Shown here: positions 1 through 12,892 of the stretch, in pieces
How positions within the stretch are numbered: position 1 is the stretch's first letter
Layout: every line of letters begins with the position of its first letter
NCBI GenBank assembly: GCA_030390025.1
Contig: JASTWF010000034.1
Span: forward strand, 2,480,001-2,544,000
Origin: Squalus acanthias
Lineage: Eukaryota
Direction: 5' to 3'
Length of the DNA: 64,000 nt
Made by a program: the position numbers and the translations under genes
Notes under the pieces: generated by a model
Database searches by the model: none
What the model saw: the letters and a program-made list of their open reading frames with translations, nothing else
What the model was told of the DNA's origin: nothing

Positions 1-189
1 CTTTTGATGTGGCAAGTTGAGCGGAGCTTAACTCGGAGTTAAACCTTGCCCGTACCTCACCCGGGAGTGTTTGACACTTACATGTCGAGAGATCTTTATT
101 CTGTATTCATCCCATGCTGTACCCGAGCTGGTTGTGCTTCATTGGGTAGTGTCAAGGGAGCTGTACGCTGCACATGCTGTATTAGAGGG

Positions 190-935
190 AACTTTGCATG
201 TCACGCGCGCTGTACCTGCTCTGCGAGTGTTTGAGTGGACAGTGTAAAGGGAGCTTTACTCTGTATCGATCTGTCTAACCGGTGCTATACCTGCCCTTGG
301 ACTGTTTGATTGGGCATTGTAAAGGGAGCTTTATTCTGTATCTCTCTATCTAACCCGTGCTGTACCTGCTCTGCGAGTGTTTGAGTGGGCAGTGCAGAGG
401 AAGGTTTAGTCTGTATCTCTCTATCCAAACCGTGCTGTACCTGCCCTTGGACTGTTTGTTTGGGCAGTGTAAAGGAAGCTTTATTCTGAATCTAACCCGT
501 GCTATACCTGCCCTTGGACTGTTTGTTTGGGCAGTGTAAAGGGAGCTTTACTCTGAATCTAACCCGTGCTATACCTGCCCTTGGACTGTTTGATTGGGCA
601 GTGTAAAGGGAGCTTTACTCTGTATCTCTCTATCTAACCGGTGCTATACCTGCCCTTGGACTATTTGATTGGGCATTGTAAAGGGAGCTTTACCATGTAT
701 CTCTCTATCTAACCCGTGCAATACCTGCCCTTGGACTGTTTGATTAGGCAGTGTAAAGGGAGCTTTACTCTATATCTCTCTCTCTAACCCATACTGTACC
801 TGCCCTTGGACTGTTTGATTGGACAGTGTAAAGGGAGCTTCACTCTGTATCTCTCTATCTAACCGGTGCTATAACTGCCCTTGGACTGTTTGATTGGGCA
901 GTGTAAAGGGAGCTTTACTCTGTGTATAACTCATG
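190..935 (-). repeat. 67/75-bp minisatellite (same family as 2425-5860, opposite orientation)
   Basis: Unit ctgtacctgcccttggactgtttgattgggcagtgtaaagggagctttactctgtatct(ctctatct)aacccgtg; 'gggagc' recurs at 541, 608 and 683 (periods 67 and 75). Confidence 0.9.
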
Positions 936-1033
936 CTACATGCAGGAAGATTGTGACAAATGGAATTCAATCCGGAGAAGTGTGAGGTAATGCATTTGGG
1001 GAGGGCTAACAAGTCAACGGATCCTGCACTGAG

Positions 1034-2090
1034 GAACATAGGAAGAGGAGTCGGCCATTCAGCCCCTCGAGCCTGTTGCCCCATTCAATGCGATCATTGA
1101 CTGATCTGCGATCTAACTCCATAAACCCACCTTTGGCCCATATCCCTTAATACCTTTGGTTAACAAAAAGCAATAAATCTCCGATTTAAAATTAACAATT
1201 TATCTAGCATCAATTGACATTTGTGGAAGAGAGTTCCAAATTTCTACCACTTTGTGTGTCGAAGTGTTTCCTAATTTCACTCCTGAAAGGACTGCCTCTA
1301 ATTCTTAGACTGTGCCTCCAGTCCTAGTATCCCAACCAATGGAAATAGTTTCTCGCTATCTACTCTATCTGTTCCCTTTAATATCCTGAAAACTTCGCTC
1401 AGATAACCCCTTAACCTTCTAAATTCTAGGGAATAGTACCCTAATTTGTGTAATCTCTCCTCGTAACTTAACCCTTGAAGTCTGGGTATCATTCTGTTAA
1501 ACCTGCGCTGCACTCCTTCCAAGGCCAATATATCCTTCCTAAGGTGTGGTGCCCAGAACTGCTCACAGTGCTCCAGGTGTGGTCTAACCAGGGTTTTGTA
1601 TAGCTGCAGAATAACTTCTACCCCTTGTAATATAGTCCTTTAGATATAAAGACCAGCTTTCCATAAGCCTTTTTGATTATTTTCTGTACCTGTCCATGAC
1701 ATTTTAATGATCTATGTACCTGGACCTCCCAAGTCTCTTTGGACATCACTCTTTTTAGCTTTTCACCATTTAGAAAGTAACCTGTTCTATCCTTTTAGGG
1801 TCCAAAGTGTTTGACCTCACATTTGCTTACATTGAAATCCATTTGCCATAGTTTTGCCCATTCCCTTAATCTGTCAATATCCCTTTGTAATTTTATGGTT
1901 TCACCTACATTGCTTACAATGCTGCCTATCTTTGTGTCATCGGCAAATTTGGGTATATGACTTTCTATGACATCAGCTAAGTCATTAATAAATATTGTGA
2001 ATAGCTGAGGCCCCAAAACACAGCCCTGCCGAACACCAGGAGTCACATCCTGCCAATTTGAGTACCTACCCATTATCCCTACGCTGTATC
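1034..2090 (-). mobile_element. CR1-type LINE, 5'-truncated 3' end, degenerate
   Basis: Minus ORFs with GVRQGCVLGPQLF..FADDTK and ALEGVQRRFNRMIP..SYEERL; CR1 3' UTR motif near 1034-1100. Confidence 0.9.
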
Positions 2091-2094
2091 CTGA

Positions 2095-2424
2095 CGCTTT
2101 ATAAAGGGTTATAAAGGATTATGCTGGGTTATAAATTATTATAAATGAATATAAAGTATTATAATGATATATAAAGGTTGATAATAGAATATAAAGTGCT
2201 ATGATGAATGGTTAAGTAATATAAAAGGTTGTAATGATCGGCAAAGGCTTATAAAGTGTTATAATGATTGACAAAGGATTATAAAGGGATTTGAATGGGG
2301 TACAAAGTGATGCAAAATATGATAAAGGGACATGACCCTTTATAAATCATTATAATTCTTAATAACCCGTTATACACCTTTTGTAAATGATTATTAAGGA
2401 TTCTAATGTTATAAAGAGTTATAA
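2095..2424. repeat. AT-rich low-complexity (ttataa-rich) tract
   Basis: Repeated ttataa/tataaa words. Confidence 0.7.
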
Positions 2425-5400
2425 GGCTCCCACTACACTGTCCCATCAAACAGTCACAGTGCAGGTACAGCATTTGTTAGATACTTAGTAAAGATCCCTC
2501 TGCACTGTCCCATCAAACACTCGCAGGTTAGGTACAGCATGGGTTAGATATAGAGTAAAGAACACAATACACTGCCCGTTTTTGCACTCCCAGGGCAGGT
2601 ACAGCAAGGTTTAGATACAGAGTAAAGAGCCCTCTACACAATCCCATCAAACACTCCCAGGGCAGGTACAGCAAGGTTTAGATACAGAGTAAAGCTCCTC
2701 TACACTGTCCCAACACATACTCCCAGGGCAGGTTGAGTACGGGTTAGATACAGAGTAACGCTCTCTCCACATTATGCCATCAAACACTCCCAGGTCATGT
2801 GCAGCACGGGTTACATACAGAGTAAAGCTCTCTCTATACTGTCCCAACAAGCATTCCCAGGCAGCTACAGCACGAGTTAGATGCAGAGTAAAGCTCCCTC
2901 TACACTGTCCCATCAAACACTCCCAGGGCAGGAACAGTACGGTTTAGATACAGATTGAACATCCCTCTACACTGTCCCATCAAACATTTCCAGGGCAGGT
3001 ACAGCACGGGTTAGATACAGAGTAAAGCCCACGCTACACTGTCCCATCAAACACTCACATGTCAGGTACAGTACAAGTAAGATACAGAGTAAATCTGCCT
3101 CGACACTTTCCCATCAATGACTCCCAGGGCAGATACAGCACGGGTTAGATACCGACTAAAGCTCCCTCTACACTGTCGTTTCAATACCTGACAGGGCAGG
3201 CATATCACAGTTTAGCTGCAGATTAAATCTCATTCTAAAGGACCCATCACACACTCCCAGGGCAGCTACAGCACAGGGTAAGATACCGAATAAAGCTCCC
3301 TCTATACTATCCCTTCAAACACTCCCAGGTCAGGTACAGCACAGGTAAGATACAGAGCAAGGTTGCCTCTACACTGTTGCATCAAACACTCTCATGCCAG
3401 TTACAGCACGGGTTAGATGCAGAGTAAAGATCCCTCTACAGAATCCCATCAAACATGCCCAGGGCAGGTACAGCAATGGTTAGATATAGAATAAAGCTCC
3501 CACTGCACTGTCCCATCAAACACTCGCAGGGCAGTTAGTGCATGGGTTAGGTACAGAGTTAAGCTCCTTGTATACTATCACATCAAACACTCCCAGGCCC
3601 GGTACTGCACGGGTAAGATGCAGAGTAAAGCTGCCTCTGCACTGCCCTATCAAACACTCCCAGGGCAGGTACAACACGGGTTAGATACTGAGTAAAGACC
3701 CCTCTATCCTGTCCCATCAAACACTCCCAGGGCAGGTACAACACGGGTTAGATACTGAGTAAAGACCCCTCTATCCTGTCCCATCAAACACTCCCAGGGC
3801 AGGTACAGCACGGGTTAGATACAGAGTAAAGACCCCTCTATCCTGTTCCAACAAACACTCCCAGGCCAGGTACTGCACGGGTTAGATACAGAGTATAGCT
3901 CACTTTACATTGTGCCATCAAACACACCACGTGCAGATACAACAATGGTTAGATACAGAGTAAAGCTCCCTCCACACTGTCCCATCAAACACTCCCAGTT
4001 TAGGTACAGCACAGGTAAGATGAAGAGTAAAGCTACCTTGACACTGACCCATCCAACACTCCCAGGGCAGGTACAGCACAGGTTAGATACAGAGTGAAGC
4101 TCCCTCTACACTGTCCCATCAAACACTCGCTGGGCAGTTAGTGCATGGGTTAGTTACAGAGTAATGCTCCCTCAACACTGTCCCATCAAACACTCCCAGT
4201 TTAGGTACAGCACAGGTAAGATGAAGAGTAAAGCTACCTTGACACTGTCCCATCAAACACTCCCAGGACAGGTACAGCACAGGTAAGAGGCAGAGTAAAG
4301 ATCCCTCTGCAGATTCCCATCATACACTCCCAGGGCAGGTACTGCAATGGTTAGATATAGAATAAAGCTCCCTCTATACTGTCCCATCAAACACTCGCTG
4401 GGCAGTTAGTGCATGGGTTAGTTACAAAGTAAAGCTCCCTCTACACTGTCCCATCAAACACTCCCAGGGCAGGTACAGCACAGGTAAGATGCAGAGTAAA
4501 GCTCCCTCCACACTGCCCCATCAAACACTCCCAGGGCAGGTACAGCACGGGTTAGATATAGAGAAAAGCTCCCTCTACACTGTCCCATCGAACACTCCCA
4601 GGGCAGGTGCAGTACAGGTTAGATACAGAGTAAAGCTTCCTCTACACTGTCCCATCAAACACTCGCAGGGCAGTTAGTGCACGGGTTAGGTACAGAGTAA
4701 AGCTGCCTTTACAAAGACCCATCAAATACTCCCAGGCCAGGTACAGCACGGGTTAGATGCAGATTTAAGATACCTCTGCAGAATCCCATCATACAATCCC
4801 AGGGTAGGTACAGCACAGGTTAGATACCGAATAAAGCTCTCTCTATACTATCCCATCAAACACTGCCAGGTCAGCTACAGCTCAGGTAAGATACAGAGTA
4901 AAGTTTCCTCTACACTGTCCCATTAAACTTTCTCAGGCAGGTACAGCCCGCGTTAGATACCGAATAAAGCTCCCTCTACACTGTCCCATCAAACACTCCC
5001 AGGGCAGGTACAGCACGGGTTAGATACTTAGTAAAGACCCCTCTGCACTGTCCCATCAAACACTCCCAGGGCAAGTACAGCACAGGTTAGATATAGAGTA
5101 AAGCTCCCTCTTCACTGTCCCATCTAACACTCGCAAGGCATGTAGTGCATGGGTTCGGTACAGAGTAAAGCTCCCTTTACACTGTCCTATCAAAAAGTGC
5201 CAGGGCAGTTACAGAACAGTTTAGATGTAGAATAAAGCTTGCTGGACACTGACATCAAACATTTCCAGGGCAGGTACAGCCCGGGTTGGATACAAAGTAA
5301 AGCTCCCTTTAAATTGTGCCTTAAAACAGCCCCATGGCAGGTACAGCACTTTTTTGAAAGAGTAAAGCTCCCTCATCACTGTCACATTAAATACTCGCAG

Positions 5401-5860
5401 GGCAGGTAGTGCACGGGTTAGGTACAGATTAAAGCTCCCTCTACAAATACCTATCGAACACTCCCAGGGCAGGTACAGCACAGGGATTGATGCAAAGTAA
5501 AGCTTCCTCTACAATGTCCCTTCAAATATTCCCAGGAAGATACAGCCCGGGTTAGATACAGAGTAAAGCTCCCTCTACAAAGACCCATCAAACACTCCCA
5601 GGGCAGGTACAGCACGGTTTAGATACAGAGTAAAGCTCCATCTACACATATCCATCAAACACTCCCAGGGCAGGTACAGCACGGGTTAGATACAGAGTAA
5701 AGCTCCCTCTACACTGTCCCATCAAACACTCCCAGGGCAGATACAGCACGGGTTAGGTACAGAGTAAAGCTCCCTCTACACTGTCCCATCAAACACTCCC
5801 AGGGCAGATACAGCACGGGTTAGATACAGAGAAAAGCTCCCTCTACCCTGTTCCATCAAA
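2425..5860 (+). repeat. 67-bp minisatellite, about 50 diverged copies
   Basis: Unit agctccctctacactgtcccatcaaacactcccagggcaggtacagcacgggttagatacagagtaa; 'agctcc' at 5701 and 5768. Confidence 0.95.
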
Positions 5861-8800
5861 TTAGAGAGATGAATGCGTAGCTCAAAGACTGGTATGGGAG
5901 AAATTGGTTTCGATTCCTGGGGCACGAGCACCAGTACTGGGGAAAGTGGGATCTGTACCGTTGGGTTGGTCTTCACCTGAACCGTGCTGGGACCAGTGTT
6001 CTGGCGAGTCATCTAACTAGGGCGGTGGAGAGGGCTTTCAACTAAATATTGGGGGCCAGGGATCAAATCTGGGAAGATGTGGTAATTCAAAGTGTAGAAA
6101 CAAGACAAGAGAGAAAGGTATCAACATGGGAAATGATAAACAGACCGTGACGGGAAGGGATAGAGAGTACAAATCTAAGAGTAAATCAACAGATAAGGCT
6201 AAAGGTTACAAAAATAATAAAAGGACAAAACTAAAGGCTGTGTATCTGAATGCACGAAGCATTCGAAACAAAACAGATGAACTGATGGCGCAAATAGAAT
6301 TAAATAAGTACAATCTGATAGCCATTACAGAGACATGGCTGCAGGATGACAAACATTGGGACCTGAATATTGAAGGGTACATGATATTTAGGAAAAAGTG
6401 GAGGGGTGGCCCTGTAAATTAATAATGGTATTAGCGCAATAGAGGGATGACTTAAGTTCAGGAAACCAGGATGTAGAAGCGGTTTGGGTAGAGATGAGAA
6501 ATGATGAAGGCAAGAAGTCACTTGTGGAAGTGGTGTACAGGCCCCCTAACAGTAACCACACGTTATGATGGAGTATCAAGGAAGAAATAATGGGAGCTTG
6601 TCAGAAAGGTACGGCAGTAATAATGGGGGATTTTAATCTACATATAGATGGAAAAATCAGATGGGCAAAGGTAGCATAGATGAGGAGTTCATAGAATGTT
6701 TTTGGGTCAGTTTCTTAGAACAGCACGTTCTGGAACCAACCAGAGAGCAGGCTATAGTAGACCTGGTATTGTGAAACATGATAAGATTAATTAATGACCA
6801 CATAGTGAAGGTGCCCCTAGGTCGCAACGATCATAATATGATTGAATTTTACATTCAGTTTGAGGGAGAGGAGAGTTGGTCCAAGACTAGTTTTTTTTTT
6901 ACTTACATAAGGGCAATTATGAGGGCATGATAGCAGAGCTAGCTAAAGTGAAATGGTAAACTAGAGTAAGCGATAGGTCAATAGAGCTGCAGTGGCAGAT
7001 ATTTAATTGGATATTTCAGAATACACAGAATAGATCCATTCCAACGAGAAAGAAAAATTCCAAGGGGAGGACCCACCATCCGTGGTTAACTAAAAAAGTT
7101 AAAGATAGTATCATACTTAAAGATAAAGCATATAATTGTGCAAAGATGGGTGGCCGGTCAGAAGATTGGACAGAATATAAACAAACAGCAAAGAATTACT
7201 AAAAGATTAATAAGGAGAGAAAAATGAGAGTACGAGAGAAAGCTAGCTAGAAATATAAAAACAGATAGTAAGAGTTTCTATAGATATTCTAAAAAGAAGA
7301 GAGTTAACAAAGGGAGCGTTGGTCCTATAAAAAGTGAGTCTGGGGAATTAATAATGGAAAATAAGGAGATGGCAGTTGAATTGAACAGGTATTTTGCATC
7401 GGTCTTCACTACAGAGGATACAAGTAACATCCCAGAAACAGCTGTAAATCAGGAAATGGAAGGGAGGGAGGCAGTCAAGAAAATTACAATCACCAGGGAA
7501 GTAGTACTGAGGAAATTGTTGGAGATGCGGGCTGACAAGTCCCCGGGTCCTGATGGACTTCATCCTAGGGTCTTAAAAGAAGTAGCTAGTGAGATAGTTG
7601 ATGCGTTGGTTTTAATTTTCCAAAATTCCATAGATTCGGGGAATGTTCCATTAGATTAGAAAATAGCGATTGTAACTCCTTTATTCAAAAAGGGAGGGAG
7701 ACAGAAAGCAGGAAACTACAGGCCAGTTAGCAAAACACCTGTCTTCGGGAAGATGCTAGAAACTATTATTAAAGACGTTATAGCAGGGCACTTGTAAAAG
7801 TTCAAGGTAATCAGGCAGAGTCAGCATGGTTTTGTGAAAGGGAATTCACGTTTAACCAATTTACTGGAGTTCTTTGAGGAAGTAACATGTGCTGTGGATA
7901 AAGGGGAAGCGGTGGATGTACTGTACTTAGATTTCCAGAAGGCATTTGATAAGGTGTCACATCAAAGGTTATTTCGGAAAATAAAAGCTCCTGGTGTAGG
8001 GGGTAACATATTGGCAAGGATAGAAGATTGGCTAGCTAACCGGAAACAGAGTGCAGGCATAAATGGGTCATTTTCTGCTTAACAAATGTAATGTGTAGTG
8101 TGCCACAGGGATAATGCTGGGGCCTCAACTTTTACAATTTATATAATTGACATGGATGAAGGGACCGAAGGTATGGTTGCTAAATTTGCTGATTACACAA
8201 AGATATGATGCGGAGATGCCGGTGTTGCACTGGGGTGGACAAAAATGAGAAGTCGCACAACACCAAGTTATACTCCAACAGTTTTATTTAAAATTACTTT
8301 TAAATTAATTTTAAATAAAACTGTTGGACTATAACCTGGTGTTGTGCGACTTCTCATTTTTGACAAAAATATAGGTTGGAAAGTAAATTGTGAAGAGGAT
8401 ATACTGAGGCTACAAAGGTATATAAATAGGTTAAGTGAATTGGCAAATATCTGGCAAATAGAGTATAATGTGTGAAAATGTGCAATTGTGCATTTTGGCA
8501 GGAAAAATAAAAAACAAGCATGTTATCTAAATTTTGAGAGATTGCAGTGCTTTGAGATGCAGAGGGTTCTGAGTGTCCCAGTGCATGAATCGCAAAAGGT
8601 TAGTCTGCAGGTACAGCAAGTAATTAGGAAAGCTAATAGCATGTTAACATTTATTGCGAGGGGTATTGAATACAAAAGTAGTGAGTTTATGCTTCAGTTA
8701 TACAGGGCATTGGTGAGACCACATCTGGAGTACTGAGTACAGTATTAGTCTCCTTATTTAAGGAAGGTTGTAAATGCGTTGGAAGCAGTTCAGAGAAGGT

Positions 8801-9279
8801 TTACTAGACTAATACCTGGAATGGGCGGGTTGTCTTATGAGGAAAGGTTGGGCAGGCTAGGCTTGTATCCACTGGAGTTTAGAAGAGTAAGAGGTTACTT
8901 GATTGAAACCTATAAGATCCTGAGGGGTCTTGACAGGGTGGATGCGGAGAGGATGTTTCCTCTTGTGGGAGAATCTAGAACTAGGGGTCACTGTTTAAAA
9001 ATAATGGAGCGCCCATTTTAGACAGAGATGAGGAGAATGTTTTTTCTCAGAGGGTCGTGAGTCTTTGGAACTCTCTTCCTCAGAGGGCGGTGGAAGCAGA
9101 GTCTTTGAATATTTTAAGGCGGACGTAGATAGATTCTTGATAAGCAAGGGGGTGAAAGGTTATCGGGGGTTGGACGGGAATGTGGAGTAATCAGATCAGC
9201 CATGATCTTATTGAATGGCGGAACAGGCTTGAGGGACCGAATGGCCGACTCCTGCTCCTAATTCGTATGTTCGTTATGT
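5861..9279 (+). mobile_element. CR1-type LINE (end of ORF1, disrupted ORF2, 3' UTR)
   Basis: YLNARSIRNK..ITETWL (APE), DKSPGPDGLHPRVLKE, YLDFQKAFDKV and LVRPHLEY fragments split by stops/frameshifts; ends in the ctcctgctcctaattcgtatgttcgttatg tail. Confidence 0.95.
8207..8362. mobile_element. Short palindromic insertion, probably a Penelope-like element terminus, inside CR1 RT
   Basis: Inverted repeat 8240-8362, flanked by acaaagatat (8197-8206) and acaaaaatat (8363-8372), a TSD-like pair. Family call is from recalled similarity to shark PLE ends. Confidence 0.65.
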
Positions 9280-9334
9280 ACCTGCCCCGGGGGGATTGGG
9301 AGGGGCTTGGCCGCTTTAACATTTTTCCAGGCTG

Positions 9335-9458
9335 CTCTTTGATTGATTGGCTCCCTGCTCCTGTGTGATGTCACTTGGAAACAGGGCCCCGCCCCTGGTT
9401 ACGGCCCATCAGTGGGATGTCAGTGTGGGAGGAGCTGGAGTGACAGCTGACACTGGGG
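9335..9458 (+). promoter_or_regulatory. Putative Pol II promoter and non-coding first exon
   Basis: Inverted CCAAT (gattgattgg), CRE-like tgatgtca and GC box ccccgcccc, followed by donor GGG|GTGAGT at 9459. Confidence 0.45.
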
Positions 9459-9643
9459 GTGAGTTTAGTCCCAATAAACAGGGCAAAGGGCTGAAAGGAA
9501 CAATTTAATATTAATGTAAGTAATTCAAATACACATTAATTGCAAATATAATGAAATTAGATACAATCCCAGTCACAAAAACAGCCCCACTGTATTCCAG
9601 GTACTGGATCTGGGATTAATATGAATCATTTTTGTATTGACAG

Positions 9644-9813
9644 TCTCTGGGAGTGAGCAATATCTCAGGAAGGTGGAGAGAGAGAAGTCGAATCATCGCC
9701 ACACTCACTGGGACGAGAGAACTGTCGCTGGGTTCACAGAGCACATCTGGTGGGATCGAGACCCCCGTGTCGGAGACGGGATAAAACGGGAAGCTTCAAC
9801 AATGATTGGAAAG
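9644..9813 (+). other. Putative second exon of an unidentified host gene (possible ATG at 9802, MIGK|)
   Basis: Acceptor tttttgtattgacag ending at 9643; donor AAG|GTGAGG at 9814; one open frame; non-repeat sequence. Confidence 0.5.
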
Positions 9814-9912
9814 GTGAGGAACTTTACTGAGAATCCCATCAGTCCAGGATTTTGCTGAGGTGAGAGTCTAACCAGATACTGGGAGCTGGTCAATATCTGC
9901 CGTCAGGCTCGG

Positions 9913-10083
9913 CCTTTGATGTGGCAAGTTGAGCGGAGCTTAACTCGGAGATAAACCTTGCCCGTACCTCACCCGGGAGTGTTTGACACTTACATGTAGA
10001 GGGATCTTTATTCTGTATTCACCCCATGCTGTACCCGAGCTGGTTGTGCTTCATTGGGCAGTGTCAAGGGAGTTGTACGCTGC
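9913..10083 (+). repeat. Direct repeat of window positions ~2-172
   Basis: ctttgatgtggcaagttgagcggagcttaactcggag...tgtacgctgca is nearly identical at both sites. Confidence 0.9.
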
Positions 10084-10272
10084 ATTGAACACATGAGGTA
10101 TCAGAATTGGTTGTGATGATGAACCAAATTGGAGGGAACTTCACTCTGTAGATAATCCGTGCTGTACCTGCCCTGGGAATGTTTGGTGGGGCAGTGTAGA
10201 GGGAGCTTTACTTTGTATCTAACCCGTGCTGTACCTGCCCTGGAGGTATTTGATGAGAGCTTTACTCTGTAA

Positions 10273-10672
10273 CAGAGGATTACATGGGGTATACAGCACA
10301 GAACCAGGCCATTCGAACCAACCAGTCCATGCCAGCGTTTATGCTCCACTCGAGCCTCCTCCCGTCTTATCTCATCTGATTCTATCAGCGTAACCCTCTA
10401 TTCCCATCTCCAACATATGCTTATCTAACTGGCCCTTAAATGCATCTATACTATTTGCTTCAACCACTCCCTGTGGTAGCGAGTTCCACATTCTCACCAC
10501 TCTTTGGGTAAAGAGGTTTGTTCTGAGTTCCCTTATTGATTTCTTGGTGACTATCTTATATTGATGGCCTCTAATTTTGCTCTTCCCCACAAGTGGAAAC
10601 ACTCTGTCTGTATCTACTCCATCAAAATCTTTCCTCATTTTAAAGACCTCTATCAGGTCAACCCTTAGCCCT
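10273..10672 (-). mobile_element. CR1-type LINE 3' fragment
   Basis: RVFPLVG..RGH..FTQRVVRMWNSLP C-terminal ORF2 motif plus 3' UTR. Confidence 0.85.
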
Positions 10673-12892
10673 CAGACTTCCAAAAAAAGTATATTCCACT
10701 GAGAAGAAAAGGGTGTAAAAGAAAAGACAGTCATCCGTGGCTTAGTAAAGAAATTAAGGATAGTATTCGACTAAAAACAAGGGCTTTTAAGGTAGCTAAA
10801 TCTAGTGGGAGGATAGAGGATTGGGAAAACTTTAAAAGACAGCAAAAGATAACAAAAAGATTGATTAAGAAAGGGAAGATAGATTACGAAAGTAAATTAG
10901 CAAAAAATATGAAAGCAGATAGTAAGAGTTTTTATAGTTATATAAAAAGAAAAAGGGTGGCTAAAGTAAATGTTGGTCCCTTAGAGGATGAGACCGGGAA
11001 ATTAATGGTGGGAAATATGGAGATGGCAAATACACTAAATATTTTGTATCAGTCTTTACAGTAGAGGACACTAAGAATATCCCAACACTGGACAAACAGG
11101 GGGCTATAAGGGGGCAGCAGATAAACACGATCAAAATCACGAAGGAAGTGGGACACAAGGCGGATAAATCACCTGGACCGGAGGGCTTGCATCCTAGGGT
11201 CTTGAGGGAAGTGGCGGTAGGGATTGTGGATGCATTGGTAATAATTTTCCAAAACTCCCTGGACTCAGCAAAGATCCCGGCAGACTGGAAAACTGCTCAT
11301 GTAAAACGCTTATTTAAAAAGGGCAGTAGACAAAAGGCAGGAAACTATAGACCAGTTAGCATAACATCTGTGGTAGGTAAAATTTTGGAGTCCATTATTA
11401 AGGAGACTGTAACGGGACATTTGGATAATCATAATTTAATAGGACAAAAGTCAGCATGGTTTTATTAAGGGGAAGTCATGTTTGACAAATTTGCTGGAGT
11501 TCTTTGAGGAACTAACAAACAGGGTGGATAAAGGGGAACCAGTGGATGTGGTGTATTTAGACTTCCAAAAGGCTTTTGACAAGGTGCCACACAAAAGATT
11601 ATTGCTTAAGATAAAAAATCACGGGATTGGGGGTAATATTCTGGCATGCACAGAGGATTGGCTATCTAACAGAAGGCAGAGAGTTGTGATAAATGGTTCA
11701 TTCTCAGACTGGCAATCAGTAACTAGTGGTGTTCCGCAGGGGTCAGTGCTGGGTCCCCAACTCTTTACAATCTATATTAACGATTTCGAGGAGGGGACCG
11801 AGTGTAACATATCAAAGTTTGCAGATGATACTAAGATGGGAGGGAAAGTAGTGAATGAGGAGGACATAAAAAATCTGCACGGGGACATAGACAGGCTAAG
11901 TAAGTGGGCAGAGATTTGGCAGATGGAATACAATACTGGAAAGTGTGAGGTTATGCACTTTGGCAGGAAACATAGTAGAGCAAGTTATTATCTTAATGGC
12001 AAGAAACTGAAAAGTACTGAAGTACAAAGGGATCTGGGAGTCCCGGACCACGAAACTCAAAAGGTTAGTATGCAGGTGCAGCAAGTGATTAAGAAGGCCA
12101 ATGGAATGTTGGCTTTCATTGCTAGGGGGATAGAATATAAAAATAGGGAGGTATTGCTTCAGTTGTACAAGGTATTGGTGAGACCGCACCTGGAATACTG
12201 CATACAGTTTTGGTGTCCATACTTAAGAAAAGACATACTTGCTCTCGAGTCAGTACAAAGAAGGTTCACTCGGTTAATCCCGGGGATGAGGGGATGGACA
12301 TATGAGGAGAGGTTGGGTAGATTGAGACTCTACTCGTTGGAGTTCAGAAGAATGAGAGGCGATCTTATTGAAACATATACGATTGTGAAGGGGTTGGATC
12401 GGGTGGATGCGGGGAGGGTGTTCCCGATGATGGATGAAACTAGAACTAGGGGGCATAGTCTTAGAATAATGGGCTGCTCTTTCAAAACTGAGTTGAGAAG
12501 GAACTACTTCACTCAGAGGGTCGTAGGTCCATGGAATATGCTGCCCCAAAAAGCTGTAGAAGCTACATCATTACATAAATTTAAAACAGAAATAGATAGT
12601 TTCCTCGAAGTAAAGGGAATTAAGGGTTACGGGGAGCGGGCAGGAATTTGGACATGAGTCTAGGTTCGGATCGGTCATGGCCCTGTGGGTAGCGTAGTGG
12701 GCCCAGGGGCCGTGTAGCCTGATCCTGCTCCTATTTCGTGTGTCCAATTCTGTTAGGTTCAGGAGATGGTTCTGTGATAGTAGATTGGCGGTTAGGATCA
12801 GATCAGCCATGATCTGATTGAATGGAGGAGCAGCCTCGAGGGGCCAATTGGCCTACTCCGGCTCTTATTTCTTATGTTCTTATGTTCTTATG
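10673..12892 (+). mobile_element. CR1-type LINE, 5'-truncated; RT ORF 11482-12657 open
   Basis: 391-aa ORF with YLDFQKAFDKV, GVPQGSVLGP and FADD; upstream frameshifted segments; (ttcttatg)n tail. Confidence 0.95.

Noticed and set aside
9705..9893. Minus-strand 62-aa ORF/exon
   Set aside because: The plus-strand acceptor/donor pair and upstream promoter explain the region better; no recognisable protein motif.
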